DNA of 49,316 nt, taken from positions 1 through 49,316 of IMG/VR virus record IMGVR_UViG_3300032272_000020; one strand, written 5' to 3'. The notes beneath the pieces were generated by a model. It did not search any database, was not told where the DNA came from, and saw only the letters and a program-made list of their open reading frames with translations. Source of the DNA: a virus. Its lineage: Duplodnaviria; Caudoviricetes. Shown piece after piece: positions 45,238 to 49,316 of this stretch. Every line of letters starts with the position of its first letter. Positions within the stretch are counted from its first letter, which is position 1. The translations under genes and the position numbers were made by a program.

Positions 45238-45945
45238 ATGCTTAACACCCAGAAAAAAGAAAAACCCCTCATCAATATTGATGACCAAGTTCAAGTCCAT
45301 TCCATATTTAGTACAATTCAAGGCGAAGGCCCATTCGCTGGAGTCCCAGCAATATTCATACGCTTAGCAGGATGTAATTTAGATTGCCCTTGGTGCGATA
45401 CCATTTATACAGGCGATGATGTTCGGACATGGACCCCAGATGATGTAGTTGGTCAGGTTGTTAAAATGTCTTATACAAAGACTAAACCTACTAAGCTTGT
45501 GGTCATAACAGGTGGTGAACCATTTAGACAAGACTTTGGTAAATTAGTTCTTAAATTACATCATGCTGGATACACAATTCAAATTGAAACCAATGGTACT
45601 TTGTACCAAGAGAATTTCCCATACCATCTCACCACTGTTGTTTGTAGTCCAAAGATTGCAAAGATCCATAAAAAACTAATACCATTTATCAAGCATTATA
45701 AATACGTGGCTGAGCATAATAGTATTAGTCTAGCCGATGGATTACCAATAGAAGTACTTGGTAATAATGTTCGGAAAAGCGTTGCCCGCCCACCTGAAAA
45801 TATGCCTTACACAGTCTATTTGCAGGCTATGGATTGCCAAGATGAAGCAGGTAATAAAAAGAACTTAGATGCTGTAGTTGCATCATGCCAAGAGTTTGGA
45901 TATACGTTATGTATCCAAGTCCATAAATTAATCGGGGTAGAATAG
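45238..45945 (+). CDS. queE: 7-carboxy-7-deazaguanine synthase (radical SAM)
   Basis: IFSTIQGEG, FIRLAGCNLDCPWCDT, VITGGEP, IETNGT, SPK, QVHK. Confidence 0.95.
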   Translation: MLNTQKKEKPLINIDDQVQVHSIFSTIQGEGPFAGVPAIFIRLAGCNLDCPWCDTIYTGDDVRTWTPDDVVGQVVKMSYTKTKPTKLVVITGGEPFRQDFGKLVLKLHHAGYTIQIETNGTLYQENFPYHLTTVVCSPKIAKIHKKLIPFIKHYKYVAEHNSISLADGLPIEVLGNNVRKSVARPPENMPYTVYLQAMDCQDEAGNKKNLDAVVASCQEFGYTLCIQVHKLIGVE

Positions 45946-45946
45946 A

Positions 45947-46633
45947 ATGAGTAATACAAAAGCTGTAGTAGTTTTTAGCGGTGGCCAAGATAGTACAACT
46001 TGTTTAGGTATAGCCATTAAGCAATTCGGGGTGGAGAATGTTCATGCCATCTCTTTCATCTACGGTCAGAAACATGTAATTGAATTAGAGCAAGCGGCAA
46101 GAATAACGAAGCACTTTGGTATTGATTTAAAGGTGGTAGACCTTTCCTTCTTTGGTGATATGGTAACTTCAGCCTTAACAAATGATGGAGATGTTAGTCA
46201 GGCACATGCCTATAAAAAAGACTTACCCGCCAGTTTTGTTCCTAACAGAAATGCTTTGTTTCTAACCCTTGCCCATGCCCATGCTCAAGAAGTTGGTGCT
46301 GATTTAATTTACACTGGCGTTTGTGAAACCGATTATTCGGGTTACCCAGACTGTAGACTAAGGTTCATTAATCAGTTAGAAATTGCTTTGAATACTGGTT
46401 ATGAAACTAGCATCTCAATTATAACACCACTCATGGCTTTAGATAAAGCTGAGACTTTTGCCTTAGCAGAAGGAGTTGGGATCTTAGAAGTTGTTATTGG
46501 TATGAGTCATACATGTTATAATGGGGATAGAACAAGAGTTCATCAGTGGGGTTGCGGTTGTGGGGAATGCCCAGCCTGTAAACTAAGGGCAGAAGGTTAT
46601 GAGAAATTCATGGCTGCTAAGGAGATAAGTTAA
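45947..46633 (+). CDS. queC: 7-cyano-7-deazaguanine (preQ0) synthase
   Basis: VFSGGQDSTTCL, YGQKH, FVPNRN, DYSGYPDCR, TCY...GCGECPACKLR. Confidence 0.97.
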   Translation: MSNTKAVVVFSGGQDSTTCLGIAIKQFGVENVHAISFIYGQKHVIELEQAARITKHFGIDLKVVDLSFFGDMVTSALTNDGDVSQAHAYKKDLPASFVPNRNALFLTLAHAHAQEVGADLIYTGVCETDYSGYPDCRLRFINQLEIALNTGYETSISIITPLMALDKAETFALAEGVGILEVVIGMSHTCYNGDRTRVHQWGCGCGECPACKLRAEGYEKFMAAKEIS

Positions 46634-47115
46634 TGAGTATAACAGCAAAGCGCTACCACGATTTCTGTGCAGGTCACCGAGTCGTTGGTCATGAAGGTAA
46701 ATGTAGGCATCTTCATGGCCACAATTATCGAGTTCATTTCGAAATCATGGCTGACCATGTTCAGGATGATCTTGGTCGGGTATTGGACTTCAGTGTAATC
46801 AAATCGAAGCTATGCGAATGGTTAGAAGAGAACTGGGATCATAAGTTCATCTATTGGACAGCTGATACTTTAATCAGTAACCTAGTCATAGACTGTAAAG
46901 CTTATGATACACCAATCTCTCGTGAAGCAGATGAGAATATGTTGGAAGGTAGTTTTGTTGAAGTTGACTTTAACCCAACAGCTGAAAACCTAGCCAAGCA
47001 TCTGGTTGAAGTAGTAGCCCCTAAACAACTCGAAGGTTTAGGATGTACTCTGATCAAATGCGAAATCGAAGAAACCCGTAAGTGTAGCGCAACTTTTTAT
47101 AAGGACAGCATCTGA
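46633..47115 (+). CDS. queD: 6-carboxytetrahydropterin synthase
   Basis: FCAGHR, KCRHLHGHNY, LDF, WDH, NPTAEN, EET. Confidence 0.95.
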   Translation: MSITAKRYHDFCAGHRVVGHEGKCRHLHGHNYRVHFEIMADHVQDDLGRVLDFSVIKSKLCEWLEENWDHKFIYWTADTLISNLVIDCKAYDTPISREADENMLEGSFVEVDFNPTAENLAKHLVEVVAPKQLEGLGCTLIKCEIEETRKCSATFYKDSI

Positions 47116-47678
47116 TGCAGAAATTACCGATCGAAAGAGAAATTGAATCTATCCTAATGGAGATTGAAGAAGGTGCTTCAATGCGCGAAGGCCTTACTGA
47201 AACCCCAGCAAGAGTAGCCAAAGCGATGGCTCATTGGTTCAGCGGGTATAACGTTGATATTGCTGCAATGATGAAAGTATTTGAAGATGGAGCAGAAGAT
47301 TATGACGAAATGGTTATTGTTAAAGATATTCCAATTTATAGTAAATGTGAACACCACATGGCTGATATCTTTGGAACTGCTACTATTGCTTACATTCCTA
47401 ATGGCAAAATCGTAGGGCTAAGTAAGTTAAGTCGTTTAGCAGATGCTTATTCCAGACGCCTTCAGGTTCAAGAACGTTTGACCAGCCAGATAGCAAATGC
47501 AATAGTAAAACATCTTGACCCATTAGGTGTCGGCGTGATAATCAAAGCCCGTCACATGTGCATGGAATCAAGAGGGATTTGTCAACAAGGTCACCACACA
47601 ATCACGTCAGCACTTCGTGGGGTGTTAAAAGATGATCGTAATGCTAGAGCTGAATTCATGGCTTTGGCTAGTTGTTAA
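47115..47678 (+). CDS. folE: GTP cyclohydrolase I
   Basis: REGLTETPARVAK, SKCEHH, GLSKLSR, RRLQVQERLT, HMCMESRG. Confidence 0.97.
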   Translation: MQKLPIEREIESILMEIEEGASMREGLTETPARVAKAMAHWFSGYNVDIAAMMKVFEDGAEDYDEMVIVKDIPIYSKCEHHMADIFGTATIAYIPNGKIVGLSKLSRLADAYSRRLQVQERLTSQIANAIVKHLDPLGVGVIIKARHMCMESRGICQQGHHTITSALRGVLKDDRNARAEFMALASC

Positions 47679-47686
47679 TCTAATAG

Positions 47687-47719
47687 TTGACTCTACATGA
47701 TTACTCACCTATAATTAAT
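47687..47719 (+). promoter_or_regulatory. Sigma70-like promoter
   Basis: TTGACT-17 bp-TATAAT followed by TAAT; AAGGAG RBS follows. Confidence 0.8.
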
Positions 47720-47742
47720 CTATCAACTAAAGGAGAGTAATC

Positions 47743-47952
47743 ATGGTTTTAATTAATGTCGGCAGCTACCACTACGTAACATCTTTGACTCAAGAATTAA
47801 TGACAGTTTATGTTATCAATAAAGGTCTAGCAGGAAGTCGTTGTGATAGATACCACCAATGGAACTTAGAGCCAAGCGCACTTAAACAATTAAGAAAGTG
47901 GGCAAAGGCTAGTCACCATTTTATTAACAGGATTGAGATCCTTGAGGATTAA
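47743..47952 (+). CDS. Hypothetical protein between folE and dpdA
   Basis: Own promoter and RBS. Confidence 0.6.
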   Translation: MVLINVGSYHYVTSLTQELMTVYVINKGLAGSRCDRYHQWNLEPSALKQLRKWAKASHHFINRIEILED

Positions 47953-47954
47953 TA

Positions 47955-48878
47955 GTGCACGTTTATATGGCAGGGTTGTATACCTCTAACTTTAATATCA
48001 ATGGTAAGATTTTTAACCGTCTGACTGATGCTGAAAAAGCCCATCGGAGAGGTGTCGAATATATCCTTGAATCATACCATTACATCCACCGTCAATCATT
48101 TGTAGATAAAATTAGGAGGGATAATGAAACAGTCTTTCTCGATTCAGGAGCTTTCTCAGCTTTTACAAAAGGGATCAAAGTTGACATCAAAGCCTACTGC
48201 AGATATATCAAAGAGAACGCCGATATCATTAAATGTATTGATGGCAATGTCTGTGCCTCTGTCCTCGATGCAATCGGAGATGCTCAAGGAACGTATAACA
48301 ATCAAATGGAAATGGAAAAGCTTGGAGTTAGACCATTGCCTTGTTTCCACTATGGCGAGGATCTCAGATATCTAGATTGGTATGTTAAGAACTACGATCA
48401 TATCACGCTGGGTGGTATGGTTCCAATCTCAACACCCCAGCTTCTAATGTGGCTAGATAGGGTATGGGAAAAACATTTAACAGATGGGGCAGGTCGGCCA
48501 TTATTAAAGGTTCATGCATTCGGTGTAACCACACCAGTTCTGATGAAACGTTATCCTTGGTACTCAGTGGATTCTTCATCATGGGTGCAGATGGCCGCAA
48601 CAGGTAATATTCTAGTCAACGAAAGAGCTTTATCAGTTTCAGACCGAAGTCCATCCAGAAAGTTGGCTAATCAGCATTTCGATAATATGTGTCAGGAACA
48701 CCAAGATGCCATCAGTAAAATAGTCGAAGTCAGAGGTTATACCATTGAGCGCCTTGCAGTAGAATACATCTCGCGATGGGTATATAATCTAAATGCATAC
48801 ACTGAAATGAATCAAACTTATTCAGGTGAGTGGTTCGATAGAGCATTTATTCGAGAACAATTAGGATTATTTGGATGA
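47955..48878 (+). CDS. dpdA: DNA 7-deazaguanine transglycosylase (TGT-fold, DpdA-like)
   Basis: FLDSGAFSA, LDAIGD, PCFHYGE, LGGMVP, VHAFG, SVDSSSW; adjacent to queECD-folE; GTG start. Confidence 0.85.
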   Translation: MHVYMAGLYTSNFNINGKIFNRLTDAEKAHRRGVEYILESYHYIHRQSFVDKIRRDNETVFLDSGAFSAFTKGIKVDIKAYCRYIKENADIIKCIDGNVCASVLDAIGDAQGTYNNQMEMEKLGVRPLPCFHYGEDLRYLDWYVKNYDHITLGGMVPISTPQLLMWLDRVWEKHLTDGAGRPLLKVHAFGVTTPVLMKRYPWYSVDSSSWVQMAATGNILVNERALSVSDRSPSRKLANQHFDNMCQEHQDAISKIVEVRGYTIERLAVEYISRWVYNLNAYTEMNQTYSGEWFDRAFIREQLGLFG

Positions 48879-49129
48879 TTTATGTAACCGCTTTCTTCGT
48901 CCCATTGGTCTACGTATTCCTAAGGGTATTCCAACAGCGTAATGTTTTGCATGAAGAATATTGGTGGATGGTCGGGACCTCATATCTGATCACTGCTTTT
49001 GAAATACTTAATGTAACATTAATAGTGTCAAGAGGATGGGAGCTGTTCCTACCTCTTGGTACTGGTGCTGCAATAGGATCAGTATTGGCAATAATATTTC
49101 ACAAAAAACTAAAGGATAGAAAATGTTAG
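48875..49129 (+). CDS. Small three-TM membrane protein
   Basis: Three hydrophobic segments; FLRVFQQRNV and GTGAAIGS motifs; overlaps both dpdA and the clamp gene. Confidence 0.65.
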   Translation: MIYVTAFFVPLVYVFLRVFQQRNVLHEEYWWMVGTSYLITAFEILNVTLIVSRGWELFLPLGTGAAIGSVLAIIFHKKLKDRKC

Positions 49130-49316
49130 CAGCTCTGAAATTTGTCCAAGGCGCAATCGCCAAGAAAGGTTTCACTCCAGAACTAAACCACTTTAGGATC
49201 GAGAATGGAACTATAAAAGGTTTCAATGGAACTCTTGCTTTATCAAGCCCAATTGCCCTTGACCTTGATGTTACTCCTAAAGCAATTCCGTTCGTTAAGA
49301 CCATTGCAGCTTGTCG
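49123..49316 (+). CDS. Beta-clamp-like protein, 5' part (continues at base 1)
   Basis: AAGGA RBS; MLAALKFVQGAIAKKGFTPELNHFR, in frame with 1..903. Confidence 0.8.
   Translation, partial: MLAALKFVQGAIAKKGFTPELNHFRIENGTIKGFNGTLALSSPIALDLDVTPKAIPFVKTIAAC
49174..49316. repeat. End overlap, right copy
   Basis: Matches 1-143 with one mismatch. Confidence 0.95.

Noticed and set aside
47955-48878. tRNA-guanine transglycosylase for queuosine tRNA modification
   Set aside because: No C-terminal CxCxxC Zn site of bacterial Tgt, no queF/queA/queG or tRNAs; context with clamp and polA fits DNA modification.
1-49316. tRNA genes
   Set aside because: No cloverleaf with T-loop GTTCRA and acceptor stem seen in the intergenic gaps by eye; tRNAscan-SE would confirm.

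Overview
The window looks like a complete, circularly assembled genome (about 49,173 bp plus a 143-bp end overlap) of a lytic siphovirus-type tailed phage. The host is probably a marine Gammaproteobacterium (inference). The + strand carries the replication/early arm: HTH protein, primase-polymerase, Sak4-like ATPase, DUF669 SSB, Cas4-like nuclease, SF2 helicase, a 7-deazaguanine DNA-modification cluster (queE-queC-queD-folE-dpdA), a beta-clamp-like gene split by the contig ends, PolA and a DenV-like glycosylase. The - strand carries small early genes, a Holliday junction resolvase, a putative TerS, a ClpX-like ATPase, TerL, a fibre module inserted between TerL and portal, a portal-MuF fusion, HK97-type protease and capsid, neck, tail and lysis genes. 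No integrase, tRNA or CRISPR array was seen. The most unusual element is an array of five divergent paralogous capsid-associated genes plus an 8-codon collapsed sixth copy, arranged A-B-C-(A')-B'-C' and linked by a near-identical 73-bp junction repeat. Other notable items are a 22-aa peptide plus multi-pass membrane protein heading the lysis cassette, a ClpX-like ATPase lacking the IGF loop, several more paralog pairs or triplets, an AT-rich origin/packaging-like region with IHF-like repeats, and a shared TATAATTAA promoter motif. All product calls come from motif recognition and synteny; no database search was run.
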